From: Epiperipatus broadwayi | Taxonomy: Eukaryota; Animalia; Onychophora | DNA length: 64,000 bases | Reading direction: 5' to 3' | Assembly: GCA_028023455.1 (NCBI GenBank) | Contig: JAQFVV010000005.1 | Coordinates: forward strand, 1,054,001 to 1,118,000 | Part shown: piece by piece, positions 1 through 11,523 of the stretch | Layout of the letters: each line of letters begins with the position of its first letter | How positions within the stretch are numbered: position 1 is the first letter of the stretch | Translations under genes and position numbers: made by a program | The notes under the pieces: generated by a model | Databases searched by the model: none | The model's input: only the letters and a program-made list of their open reading frames with translations | Told to the model about the DNA's origin: nothing

Positions 1-1779
1 GAAGATATACAAAAATGATGCATTAAAAAGGATTAAATATCCTGAATTTTGTAAAATGGTGCAGAAAAGAGTTGAATATGATATAAGAAAGTATAACTGT
101 GAACTAGCAAGGAAAGCTGTAGAAGAGAATAAAAGTCTTAAGAGTGTAAAACAACATTTTGGTATTGGTAGGAAATTTATATCTGCAATAAGAAAAAAAG
201 ATGGAATTATTACTAAAAAGAGAGATGACATCATGAAATGGGTAGAATATTTTTATCAAGAATTATATAGTAATAAAGAACAAGTACCTCCTATATCTAT
301 TACATCTTCCGAATTGCCCAGAATTTTAAATGAGGAAGTGAGACATGCAATTAAATATATGAAGAAAGGAAAGGCTCCAGGTAATGATGGGATTATAATT
401 GATATATTAAAAAAAGCAGGTGAAGAAATAGAATTTTTTTTAGCAAAGTTATATACCAAGTGTCTAAATGATAAGGATGTATCAGATGATTGGAAGAATG
501 CAATATTAATATTAATATTTAAAAAAGGTGATAAAGAAGCTATTAGAAATTACAGACCTATCAGCATTTTATCAGTTTTATACAAAATTTTTACCAAGAT
601 AATTACAACTCGGAGAACATTGGATTTCCACCAACCAAGAGAACAAGCTGGATTTAAAAGTAGTTTTAGTACAGTAGATCATATCCAGGTATTGAGAGAA
701 GTTATAGAAAGGACAAATGAATATGAGTTGCCATTATGCTTTGGATTTGTAGATTATGAAAAGGCATTTGATTCTGTAAACATTTCTTCAGTGATTAAAG
801 CATTGGATCATCAAGGTATAGATCCAGGATATTGTCATATTTTAAAGAATATTTATAAAAATGCAACAGCAACAATTAGATTACATAATGATACTAGGAG
901 AGTCAACATTGAGAAGGGTGTAAGACAGGATGATTCCATATCTCCAAAACTTATTACAGCAGTGCTGCAAGAAGTATTTTGGGGATTAAAATGGGAAGCT
1001 AAAGAAGTGAAAGTAAATTAGTTGTTTTTGCAAATAATGTTTTAGAGTTTCAGAAAATTTGCAGCAGTTATTAGATGAAAGTAGGACTAAAGATAAATGT
1101 TAAAAAGACTAAAGTAATGTTTAATGGATTTTCTCAAAATATGAAAATAAAGATTGATTACGATGAGTTAGGAGAAGTTAACAGTTACAAATATCTTGGT
1201 CAGATTATTAGTGTAAATGGAAACATAATGAAAGAAATTAATCGTAGAATTAAACTTGGTTGGAGTGCTTTTGGTAGAAATAATTTGATACTAAAAGGAA
1301 ATATGCCTATGTGTTTGAAAAGGAAGGTTTTTAATAAATGTGTTTTACCAGTTCTTACTTATGGATCTGAGACTTGGACACTTAATAGAAGAGCAATACA
1401 GAGACTTCAGACCACTCAAAGAAGTATGGAAAGATGCATGTTGGGAGTGGGAGTAACAAGAAGAGATCGAAAATGCAATGTATGGATAAGAGAACAAACA
1501 GATGTTACTGACCTCATTGAAAAAATTAGACTGAAGTGGAGTTGGGCTGGACATATTGCTAGAAGAGATGATAATAGATGGATAATTGAAATCTTAAACT
1601 GGATTCCAGGAGATTGTGAAAGACCCAGAAAAAGACCACATGTGAGATGGATGGATGAAATAAAAAAGTGTGCAGGGGTGCTGTGGGGAAGAGAAGCTAA
1701 AGATCGGAGAAGATGGAATGAACTTGGAGAGACCTTCATCCTGCAGTGGATTGGTAATGGTTGATGATGGTGATCATGA
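1..1779 (+). mobile_element. RTE-clade non-LTR retrotransposon, 3' part (RT domain and C-terminus), cut by the window start, inactive
   Basis: ORFs 56-1021 and 1075-1764 carry RT motifs (KAPGNDG, NYRPISILS, QAGF, VDYEKAFDSV, GVRQDDSISP, YKYLG) and an RTE-type C-terminus (YGSETWTL, KWSWAGHIARR). The element ends in a TGA-repeat-like tail at about 1762-1779. The FADD motif region is missing at about 1015-1025. Confidence 0.92.
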
Positions 1780-3084
1780 CCCCCCCCCAATTTATTATTA
1801 TTTTTGATTTTTCATTATTAAATTTAATATTCATCTTCAGTTCTTTTGTTATGCCTATCTTAAGTAACAGACTCTATTTATTTATTTTTCCACTTAAAAT
1901 TACCATTTCATCTGCTAAGAGTTATAATATTCAAAAGTTATAATATTTGAAAAGATTAATGTTGGAAAAAGAAAAAAAAAGATAACCAGCATTGTGATGG
2001 ATGATCTCTATCAGCCCTATAATGAATGTCATTGAGGAAGCTGGAAAACGAAGCATTTGATAATGCATTTTGGAGAGATGCTATTCATAAGGAATATATG
2101 TTGATTTGTGGCAAATAATAATTTATTATATTTATTCCATCTCATACATTTAGTATTTACTAATTTTAAGTATAATATAAACCATAGAAGTAATAAAGGA
2201 CAATCCATTCTGGAATCTCTCTCATTTATTTACCTTACATGTTCCATAATTTTTCGATTAATAAACATTTAAATGATTTTTTTTTTACATAGTGGGGTTA
2301 TTTATTCCTGACATTTGTTTCCAAGACCGTTAGTGGATATTATGAATTTTTGTATGGTAATGACCACTATATGTTGTAAAAAACTATATGTGCATATACC
2401 TATAATTATGTTTTACTTTTAAAATTACACTGTATTATGGCAATAACATGTATGTCATTAATTTTAAAATTACAATATGTATGGCAATAACAAAAAAAAT
2501 ACATATATAGTGTAACGATATATAAAATGCCATTACATTATTTTAAAATTAAAATAAAAAGATCATAAATAAAAATTGATTTATTAAAAAGAAAAAAACT
2601 TAACTAAAAAACTGAAATGTAAAAACTGTTTAACGTATATATAGATTGCATATATGGATAACTTTAAAAACTATTTTAAAAAATAAAAGTATTTGAAAGT
2701 AATTTTTTTGTAAAAAAGTAAAGATATAAAGATTTGATATTTTTGAAAATAGAAATAATGTTGATTTCTATAATCTTTGAAAATGGAAATGATTGCTTTA
2801 TTAATTAAATGATTGTTCTAAAGCACACTAGCCCTTGGGGCACTTAAAATAATTTAAAAGGTCAGATAAGAGAATAAAAAGAAAAAGCTTGACCAATGGA
2901 AGCACGAAGCCCCAGCACGGACCGTAAATGCAACATGACAGTCAGTGACATCATGTTTGATCGTTCTGAAAATATCTGCTGATAAGAGGCTAATAAAAGT
3001 ATAAAACCCAAAATATTCGAATTGATGATTATTATTATTGTCATTGTCTGAGATGCTGACTAGTAAGCTATATATATGATCTGT

Positions 3085-3380
3085 AGCTGTATTGCAGATT
3101 TCACAATGTAAGAGTCTGCAATAGATTTAATTTCCGGACAACCAGCTGATGCCTCCAGAAGACGGTTTTTGACCAACTGAATGGCAAGTAGCAGCTCCAT
3201 TTCAAAGGACAAGCACTCTACAAAAGTGATCACGAAGATGGACCTCTAAATCTGCTCAAACCGTAAAGTATGAACTCTTGTGTTTATCAAATAGGAACTT
3301 TTCTGAATTTGCAATTGATAGCTGAAAATGAAGAACTCTTATCTGATTTAAAGAATGCAAAATCAATTATTAATATTTTT
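3085..3380 (+). pseudogene. possible decayed THAP-domain/coiled-coil transposon-associated fragment
   Basis: Frameshifted translation NVRVCNR(F)..ISGQPAD resembles the THAP 'RVCSxHFISGxP' motif and is followed by the coiled-coil-like LQLIAENEELLSDLKNAK. The match is weak and judged by eye. Confidence 0.22.
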
Positions 3381-4279
3381 TTTATGCAGATGTTTAAGCA
3401 ATCATTTCCATTTCTCTTTTTTTTGTGTGTTATGTTTTAACTAAAATGTATTAAATTTTAAGTTGGGTGTGGATAGCTATATAGATTCGTTAAATTATGT
3501 TAGTTTTAAGGGGGTTTAATTTCGGGCTACTTGTCTCGTAGTTAGGTCAATGTTGGTGGAGGGATATATGGGTGTTTATATCAATGTAATGTGAAGCATG
3601 TTTAGTATACAGGGCAACGTGCCCAACTGAATGCATAACCCCAAAGAGGCAGTCATATATGGAAGCAGATGTATTTCCTGCGCCATTGACCCCTTCTAGC
3701 TCTATGGAGGGATTATAAGTTGGCAGATAGACCGCTCTCCCCCATACGTAGCACTTTTTAAAAAAATTATATACATGATTCCTTAGTCAGACAGATGCAC
3801 ATTTCTGTTCTGGACGAGGATCATGTCCTTTAAATAATATCACACTGTCAGATGCACATTCCTGTCGGCGTGGTTTTATGCTAGCATCTTCATATTGCAT
3901 TGGTTGCGACTATATATCTGGAAGCAGGCGTTGGTTTGGCTACGAACTTTTAGTCTGAGATTGAATGATTTGTTTTGAAAAGTTATTAACTGTGGAATCT
4001 ATGTAGCTTATCTATACTCAACATTATAAAACAAACTTATTAAAATCCATCTGTGCAAATTTATAAAATTTAAATTATAAAGATAAAATGATAACAAATT
4101 TAAAATCATCTTTATTCCTCAATTGTTAAATATTCATATATGCGTCAATAAATCTTTTTGTGTGTGTTAATTCTGGCAGTAGCTTATTTATTTATTTTAT
4201 TGAAATCTTTTTTCTTGAAATATATTTTAAAAAGTTATATTAAATCTCTGCGTCTCTATGAGCTAGTGGCATTGGGCTG

Positions 4280-4415
4280 ACGGTCGGAATAAAATATATA
4301 AAAAAAAATTTTTTTCTTAACTTATGTATCTGCCTACTCTACAAATTTTCTAGGTTCAAATGCCTAGTGGCGCCCTGTACGGCAGATTATGGTAAGACTC
4401 CTTTTTCCCGACCGT
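4280..4415. mobile_element. short TIR-bounded element (MITE-like)
   Basis: acggtcggaataaaa (4280-4294) is inverted relative to tttttcccgaccgt (4402-4415). No clear TSD. Confidence 0.3.
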
Positions 4416-5195
4416 TATAATAGATATAAAAATTATAAAATCATTTATATATATATTTATACTGGAAAATTTATTATTGTTACTATAACGATGATTTAGT
4501 CAATTGTGTCTTCAGAATTAATGATAGGGAAAAATCAACTTCACAATAATTTTGTAAAAAAAACTTTTTTTTTTGGAGAAGTATAAAATGTTTTATAAAT
4601 TTACGGAGATTTTTACCAGATGGCAATTTTATTGTTTATATAGTGAGTGTTTGTATAGATGTGTGTTATTTATTAATACTTAAAAAATTAATTTCAAATT
4701 AGGATAACTAAAAAAAAATAAAGTATATGTAATAGATAAAAAGCACATTATTGACAGGTATTGAAGACAAATTTTGCAAGATACATTTAGATTACATATT
4801 CATACTGCATTGATGTTAATGATATTTTTAAAATTCGAATGTAAAAAAATTTTTTTTTAAAAAAAAGCAAGCATGAAGCTAATAATTTTTTTTTCCTTCA
4901 AAAGGAGTGATCATGATCCAACATGCAGAAAGTGCAATATCTAAATGGAGTTAAATTATTACTTTTAATTATACTACATATTTTTTCTCTAGATAGTAGA
5001 CTGCCATTTGCAATGAGTGGTGTTTTACAATTGATCATAGTAACTGTAATGTAAGAAAATTAAGTTTTTTACAATTTTTAAATTTTTTTTAAAATATATG
5101 TACTATTTGTTTTATTCCTACTGGTCAGGTGAATTAGCGGATTTTGATATCACAATACGGTATCTCCACTGTACAGTTTTTTTTAAATAGGTATA

Positions 5196-5992
5196 TGTAA
5201 ATGAGGCATTTATTTATATAGCGCTATGTTTATAAATTGTAATAAACTAAAGATCAGCCTTCCAAGCTAACATACTTGCGCTTTTTACGAATGTTAATAC
5301 TAATAAATGAATACTTTCATTTCCAATACAAGATAAAGTCTTTGCGAAAGAATAAATGAATCCACTTATTCATTCAACCCAACTTATTCATTCGTAAATT
5401 CTAGATAATTTCGTGGACGTCATTCATTCATACATAGTAAACAGTAATTTAAAGTGATTGGTTTATCCTCACGCTTTCATATCCAGTACTTAAGATTTGC
5501 CGATATATAAGCATTTGGGTTGAATGAATAAGTGGATTCATTTATTCTTTTGTAAAGACTTTATCTTGTGTTTGAAATGAAAGTATTCATTTATTAGTAT
5601 TAACATTCGTAAAAAGCGTATGTACGTTAGCTTGAAAGGCTGATCTTTAGTTCATTACAATTTCTAAACATAGCACTATATAAATAAATGCCTCATTTAC
5701 ATATGTTTAGTTTCATTTAAGAGTGACGTTTCGTAAATTCTAGATAATTTCGTGGACATCATTCATTCAGACATAGTAAACAGTAATTTAAAGTTATTGG
5801 TTTATCCTCACGCTTTCATATCCAGTACTTAAGATTTGCCCATATGTAAGCATTGGGTTGAATGAATAAGTGGATTCATTTATTCTTTCTCAAAGACTTT
5901 ATCTTGTGTTGGAAATGAAAGTATTCATTTATTAGTATTAACATTCGTAAAAAGCGCATGTGCGTTAGCTTGAAAGGCTGATCTTTAGTTTA
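5196..5992. mobile_element. foldback family D: inverted long arm plus tandem 339-bp monomers, 13-bp TSD
   Basis: About 5196-5381 is the reverse complement of about 5515-5700. The string cgtaaattctagataatttcgtgga recurs at 5393 and 5732. The element is flanked by ttaaataggtata (5183-5195) and ttaaatagatata (5993-6005). Confidence 0.8.
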
Positions 5993-6141
5993 TTAAATAG
6001 ATATAATAAATCTCCTAATTTCATTTTGTCTAACATAAACCATAAATATTTTCTGATCTCTTTGTCATTTTCTTTTTCATCTTTAAAAAAGCTAAATATA
6101 CTTTTTTCCTAATTTACAATTTGTCTTTATAGTCCAAAGGT

Positions 6142-6390
6142 GTTAAACCATCAAACATCACATGATCACTATTTATGCTTACATAAGTTGTTTTTCACAT
6201 AGGCAAAACTCTCCATACAGTAGCTCCACTCAGTGCAATCCTGAGTATTCAATGGATTCAGGAATGTTTGTGCGTAAAATCCCTATCTAGTGCCTACTCA
6301 TCCAATATCCCTAGACTAGTTTCTAGAATCTATTGATTACTCTGGCTTGCACTGAGTGGCACTACTATATGGAGTGTTTTGCCTCTGTGA
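6142..6390. mobile_element. foldback family A copy 1 (antisense arm ending inside the hammerhead)
   Basis: It shares ggcaaaactctccatacagtag...cactcagtgcaa and ccctatctagtgcctactcatccaatatcc with the other A copies, and has inverted arms. Flanking direct repeat agtccaaaggt (6131-6141) / aatccaaaggt (6391-6401). Confidence 0.8.
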
Positions 6391-6544
6391 AATCCAAAGG
6401 TATGTTCAACAATTTTTCTAACATGAATTATTTTTACATATTTCTTTGAATTAGATGATTATTCCTTCTGGATTGCATGGTTTGGGTAATGGTTGAATGT
6501 CAGATTCTGGAGTAACTTTTACCAAACTCCTGGGCAATAAAGCC

Positions 6545-6845
6545 ATTCAATTATTTTTATTGTTTATTTGGAAATAATATATGGAACAATATTTCTGTAG
6601 TATAATTTTTACTACACTAATTTCACACAAGGTAGGGACTGATTTCTGTTTGCTTTTAACACCTTGGGGAAGGGTGTAAATCATAAACATATAACCAGAG
6701 ACATGTGAGAAAGATGTATGATATCCACTGTAACTGTCCACATATTTCCACCAGGTTGGGAAAGGGGAAAAGTCGCATCTAACAACAGTCGGACTTTGGA
6801 TCTTCGGGTTGGATGCTGATGATAACACGAAATGCATAACCAATG
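6545..6845. mobile_element. family B remnant: minus-strand monomer part plus a degenerate plus-strand hammerhead
   Basis: cacacaaggtagggactg...ttttaacaccttg (about 6625-6666) matches 9358-9400. ttggatg-CTGATGA-taacac-GAA-ATGCAT-A (6809-6838) looks like a B hammerhead with stem II partly deleted. Confidence 0.6.
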
Positions 6846-7979
6846 ATTGCATCTACTTTTAACCGACTAGCTCTCTATACTTATTTGTTAATTTCAGATA
6901 CAATTTAGATTAGATCATCCATCTCTTGCCTCTTTCTGGTATCGTCTTGCCCTAATATTCTAACCCAGGGAGAATTTGTGTTTGATTCTCTTAACAGGTA
7001 TAAACAGATACACGTAGCATCTTTCACACTTCTATATAGGTTACAACTAGCATTATTGGTACTCAAATTTGTTTTAAGACTATTATATAAAAGTGAAATG
7101 TGTGTGCATATTGAAACTAATATTTAACTATTGAATGTAATGTTAACTCAATAAATCAGACACTGGAATAAATAACATTTATTAACAATGATAAAATGAA
7201 TTAAAAATAAAATATTTTAACAATAATAAAAATATGTAATTATATATGTGTCAAATATGAACCTCTACCATTCCATCAGTTAATAATCTTATGATTCCAT
7301 CCCCTTTTCCCAATGATAGAAATCCATTATGGCACTCATTATTTACAATATCATGAGAAATACAAAAAAAAAAATATTAATGATTTTAAATGATCGCGAC
7401 TCTAACTAACTAAGTTAAATATCCATTATCTTGTTCATAATAATATTGTGATTCATTCCTGCTGAAAAACTCGATTAAGTCCCCCAATCTAAATTTAAAT
7501 ACATATGATAGATAAAGGAATTTACATTAGATAATTAATCATTCACACTGAAATAACGTATAAGAATTGTTAATAAACAATAAATAACATATAACTTGAA
7601 CTCTATAATCTATCAAGTGTTGTGATTTAATCTGAGAAAAATATATAAAAATCTTACCTCATTATATATAGATAACTAGTTGGCAAGTTGCTAGAAATTC
7701 AATGGACTGATCTACATTTTATTTACAATAAAAATAAAAAGAACTAAGTTTAATCACCCCCCCCCCCCTTTTCTTTTCTTTTCTTTTCTACTAACACTAA
7801 AAATGAAATCTCTCACAGCATAAACTGTGAAGTTCATGCTTCTGAGTATGAAAATAAAACAACAAATAAAAGAAAAATCAAAGAAAATTTTACAAATATT
7901 AATCACTTGATGAAAATTAATGGTTAAAACAAAGTTCATCGAATCATTCTGGTAAAAGTTCATGATGTTTTGGCATGGA

Positions 7980-8400
7980 AATTTCCAATAAGTGGTTTAG
8001 CTCTTCATATCACTTTTTTCTGGCAAAGGATTGATTGCATAGCATTTAAAATATAAACACATTGATCCTTAGCTGGCCCATCTCTTAATTCTCTTGTGTA
8101 CACTTCTTCTTGGACAGTAGGCATCTTCTTGGGTGTAATAAAGTATAAAATGGGAGTTTTACGCAGTCATGTTAGGGAAGAAAGCGGTCAACACTACAGC
8201 ACGACTGTTTTACCCCATCTGCATTTCAGAGTAATATTATATAACTATCTGTAATCACAAGTTACGATTTAATATTGAAGAATTTTTAGATATGTTAGAT
8301 AAATTATTCCATACTTTGCTTTAACTATTAGCAGCATCTGTGTTCTTTTTCTGTCGACATTTAAAAATACCAAAACTCTTTCGCTCATGATCAGAGAATA
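7980..8400 (+). mobile_element. old LINE RT remnant (clade uncertain)
   Basis: Broken translation SGKGLIA*HLKYK..LAHLL..SSWV..IKYKMG resembles the RT N-terminal 'SGxDxIxxEHLKY' and 'WxxxxIxPIxK' region. Confidence 0.3.
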
Positions 8401-9461
8401 ATCTAGTTATTACTAAGATTTATAAAATCTACTTAATTTCACTTTATAACTATTACTGTTAAATTTGATATAATTTTTTTTACTTCAGTATTTGATTAAG
8501 AACTCTTGTAATTTCGAACAACAGACTCCATTTTTCAGCATTCAAAATTTTAATTCACTTGATATTAGTTCATTAGGCATATGAATTATTTTCAAGAAGA
8601 AAGATTTAAAATTGATTTTGCTTTTATACTGCCTGTGATTTATGTTGCGCGGTAAACTAAAATTTTCATTTCCTGTTAGATTGATATAGCTGCTTATTGT
8701 TATGTTCGTTTCATTAATAAAAAAAAATAAAAAAATAGTAAAATCATAATTTTAGTTTATACTCAGTTCTCTAGTTACTTAACATCCGGTCATCTCCAAG
8801 TTTACCTAATTTCAGTTTGCATCACATTTTTTATTGATCAGTTTAGAACGTATAACGCAATATATTAAAGCTTGTTTAATAGTATATATATAATTTCTTT
8901 CCACATCATTTTGCTATACTAAATGATTCACCATAAAAAACAATCTATCATGACTTTTATTTCTTTAAATGTTAGTATAAATAATTATATGTATTGTAGA
9001 TATAATCAAATAACATCTCCATTATTAGTATAAATTTTAAAATGGATATTTAATTTAATAAGTGGGCTAATCTTGACTGGAATGATTGAGTTGTAAGCTA
9101 CCCTTTACACCACATTGCACATTTCATGCTTAATCAGTATTCATCAGTTGGCACAGATCACAATCTCACCTTTATCGTCGTTCAGTAAATGTAGATAGCC
9201 AATTACTGCAGTTTAAATGATAAGTGTCAAACTTTTACTGCCTTCGTAATTTTGACACAAACCTCTTGATGGAAGTATATTAATAATTTTTATTAGTCAT
9301 TCAGTATTCACTTAATGAATAATATTTTTGTAGAGCAATTTTCACTATACCACTCTCACACAAGGTAGGGACTGGTTATTATCTGCTTTTAACACCTTGT
9401 GTAGGGAAGTAATCATAAACATATGACCAAAGACATGGGAAAAAGATATATAATTATCAAG

Positions 9462-9500
9462 ATGTACTCATTTTGTGTTGAACCAGCACTCATCAGTTGA
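9462..9500 (-). ncRNA. degenerate hammerhead motif (family B)
   Basis: Reverse complement reads UCAA CUGAUGA GUGCUG GUU CAACAC AAAA UGAGUACAUC UUGA. G12 is mutated to A (CpG decay), and stem I co-varies (UCAA/UUGA versus CCAA/UUGG). Confidence 0.6.
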
Positions 9501-9820
9501 CCTATATCACAATCTCTTATACATATCTTTATCACTATTCAGTATTTACAAATAGCCAATTACCTACACAAGATGATAAACACATAGAAACCAGTCCTTA
9601 ACCTTGCATGAGGGTATTGTAATGCAAATTATACTACAAAAATATTATCCAGTAAGTGGAGAATGAATGACTAATAAAAATTATTAATATATATTCGTCG
9701 AGTGATTTGTGTCAAAGTTGTGAGGGCAGTTAAGTTTGACTATCAATTAAACTATAGTAATTGGCCATCTATATATACTGAACAATGATAATGATATGTG
9801 TAAGAGATTGTGAACTGGAA

Positions 9821-9860
9821 CAACTGATGAGTGCTAGTTCAGCATGAAATATGCATCTTG
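9821..9860 (+). ncRNA. type I hammerhead ribozyme motif (family B)
   Basis: CAA-CUGAUGA(9824-9830)-GUGCU agUUc AGCAU-GAA-AUAUGCAU-C(9857)-UUG. Stem I is CAA/UUG, stem II has 5 bp, and the predicted cleavage is after AUC. Confidence 0.75.
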
Positions 9861-10319
9861 GAAATCATTCTTTTTCACATGTCTTTTGGTCATATGCATA
9901 TACACATCTCCACAATGTGTTATAAGCGGATAGAAACCAGTCCCTATCTTGTGTGAAAGTGGTGCAGTGAAAATTACAGAAGTATTATTCATTAAGTGGA
10001 TAATGAATGACTAATAAAAATCATTAACGTATGTAATAGTTTATATGTAGTTGATGTTATTAGTGTTTGTCTTATTACTAATTTTCTACTATCATTTCCT
10101 CTCATATTCTTCCAACTTTTTGGAATAATAAAATAGTAATAGCTCATTTTTTGAAATTACACATATATATAATTAATACATTTTAGTCTAAAATAAAACA
10201 AGTAAAGTCTGTTTAAAATAATGGTCTATGAGTTTTATATTATCATAGTTTATAATTCAGAAGCTTTGTTTATCTTATTTAAATAGTAAGCTAATAGAGA
10301 GCTCAATCATAATGCTCTC

Positions 10320-11240
10320 ATATGATGTAGCTAGAATAGTATGGAAGGGAATGGCAGTAGCAGGGTTAACATATAGTAACGATGCATTATGTGTTAGTAA
10401 TGGGGTGTGTTAGATTACTTAGAAAAAGTACAAAGAGGAGTAGGAAGTCATGCTTTAGATGCAAGTGTATGTACGGCAAAGGAGGCAATTCAAGGATAAA
10501 TGGCAAAGGAGGCAATTCAAGGATAAATGGGATGGTCAAGGTTTTATATGAGAGATGCAAAAAACAAAATGAAAATGTTCAGTAGATTGCAATTTATGGA
10601 TAATAAGGGAATAGCCAAAATACTATTTAATTGGGTTATGAGTAAAGAACAGCAAGTACGATGGTTGAGAAAGGTACGATATGCAGAAGATTTGAATAAA
10701 AAATGTATGTCAGTATACTTACATAAAAGATGGGATGATTGTGTTAGGAGAATTGTTGAGTGTTTATAGTGACAAGGAAAGGATAGAAGAATAAATGCAT
10801 TAATAAAAAATAGGGAGTTGGAAAGATGGAGAACTAGTATGGAGAGTAAGAAGACTAAATATGTATAGAAGTAAACAATATTGGGTACGAGTTAATTTAT
10901 GATAATAGCAAGGAAAGTAGTTTACTGTTTAAGGCTTGAACAGGATCCTTAGCAACATGAGAATATACGTATAAATGGAAAAATGTCTGTGATTTAGTCT
11001 GCAAGTTGTGTAAAGAAATCATAGAAAATATTAGGCATCTGTTAATAGAATGTAAATGCCTGCAAGCAGAAAGGGTGCAAATAATGAAGTTGTGGAGGAA
11101 TAAATATAAACAAAGTGATTATATAGAAAGTGGGTTCTTGGTTTTTATGCTGAGGTTGGGAAAAGATAAGGGGGATTTAGATTTAAAGGCCATGAAATTG
11201 ACAAAGATTGTGTTGTGGAAATGGGATGGAGCAGGATAGA
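10320..11240 (+). mobile_element. 3' remnant of a non-LTR retrotransposon with C-terminal CCHC knuckle (clade uncertain)
   Basis: Broken frames VARIVWKGMAVAGLTYSNDALC, QG*MGWSRFYMRDAKNK, YDNSKES..LLFKA and CKLCKEIIENIRHLLIEC. It contains a 27-bp tandem duplication at 10475-10528. Confidence 0.65.
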
Positions 11241-11407
11241 GAAGAATATGGGAAAAACTTAGGATAGGCAATGGAAAGGTAAGATGGTTAACAGGTTTCT
11301 CTGATCATAGTGGCTGAGAAATTCCTGACTTTGAAAAAGAAGCCACAGCGCATCTCATCACATATGATAATATACTGTACATTATATATAATGCAAATAA
11401 AATATCT

Positions 11408-11523
11408 TAAAACAGGCAAAACTCTCCATATAATAGTGCCACTACTGTATGGAGAGTTTTGCCTGATTTAATAATAGTTATGAGCAAGCATAAGAAATGG
11501 TGATCATGTGATGTTTGGTGGGT
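11408..11523. mobile_element. foldback family A copy 2 (centre deleted, no hammerhead), 13-bp TSD
   Basis: Hairpin caggcaaaactctccata...tatggagagttttgcctg plus a long tail. Flanked by aaataaaatatct (11395-11407) and aaataagatatct (11524-11536). Confidence 0.85.

Larger units (their letters stand above)
9112..10030. mobile_element. family B: tandem ~340-350 bp hammerhead-containing monomers in an inverted array (retrozyme/PLE pLTR-like)
   Basis: tcatcagttg occurs at 9141 and 9490 (period 349, minus strand). An inversion lies at about 9560-9585. tagaaaccagtcc occurs at 9585 and 9921 (period 336, plus strand). Each monomer carries a CTGATGA-stem-GAAA motif. Confidence 0.85.

Noticed and set aside
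5715-5775. Minus-strand CTGAATGA...GAAACGTC as a hammerhead in family D
   Set aside because: The core spacing is wrong, no convincing stem I or II forms, and the bases pair better as one long hairpin.
6545-10030. A complete Penelope-like element (pLTRs at 9.1-10 kb and 6.5-6.8 kb flanking a minus-strand ORF)
   Set aside because: The intervening DNA looks like unrelated LINE remnants (plus-strand RT at about 8 kb, LINE tail at about 6.9 kb). No convincing PLE RT or GIY-YIG motifs were found.
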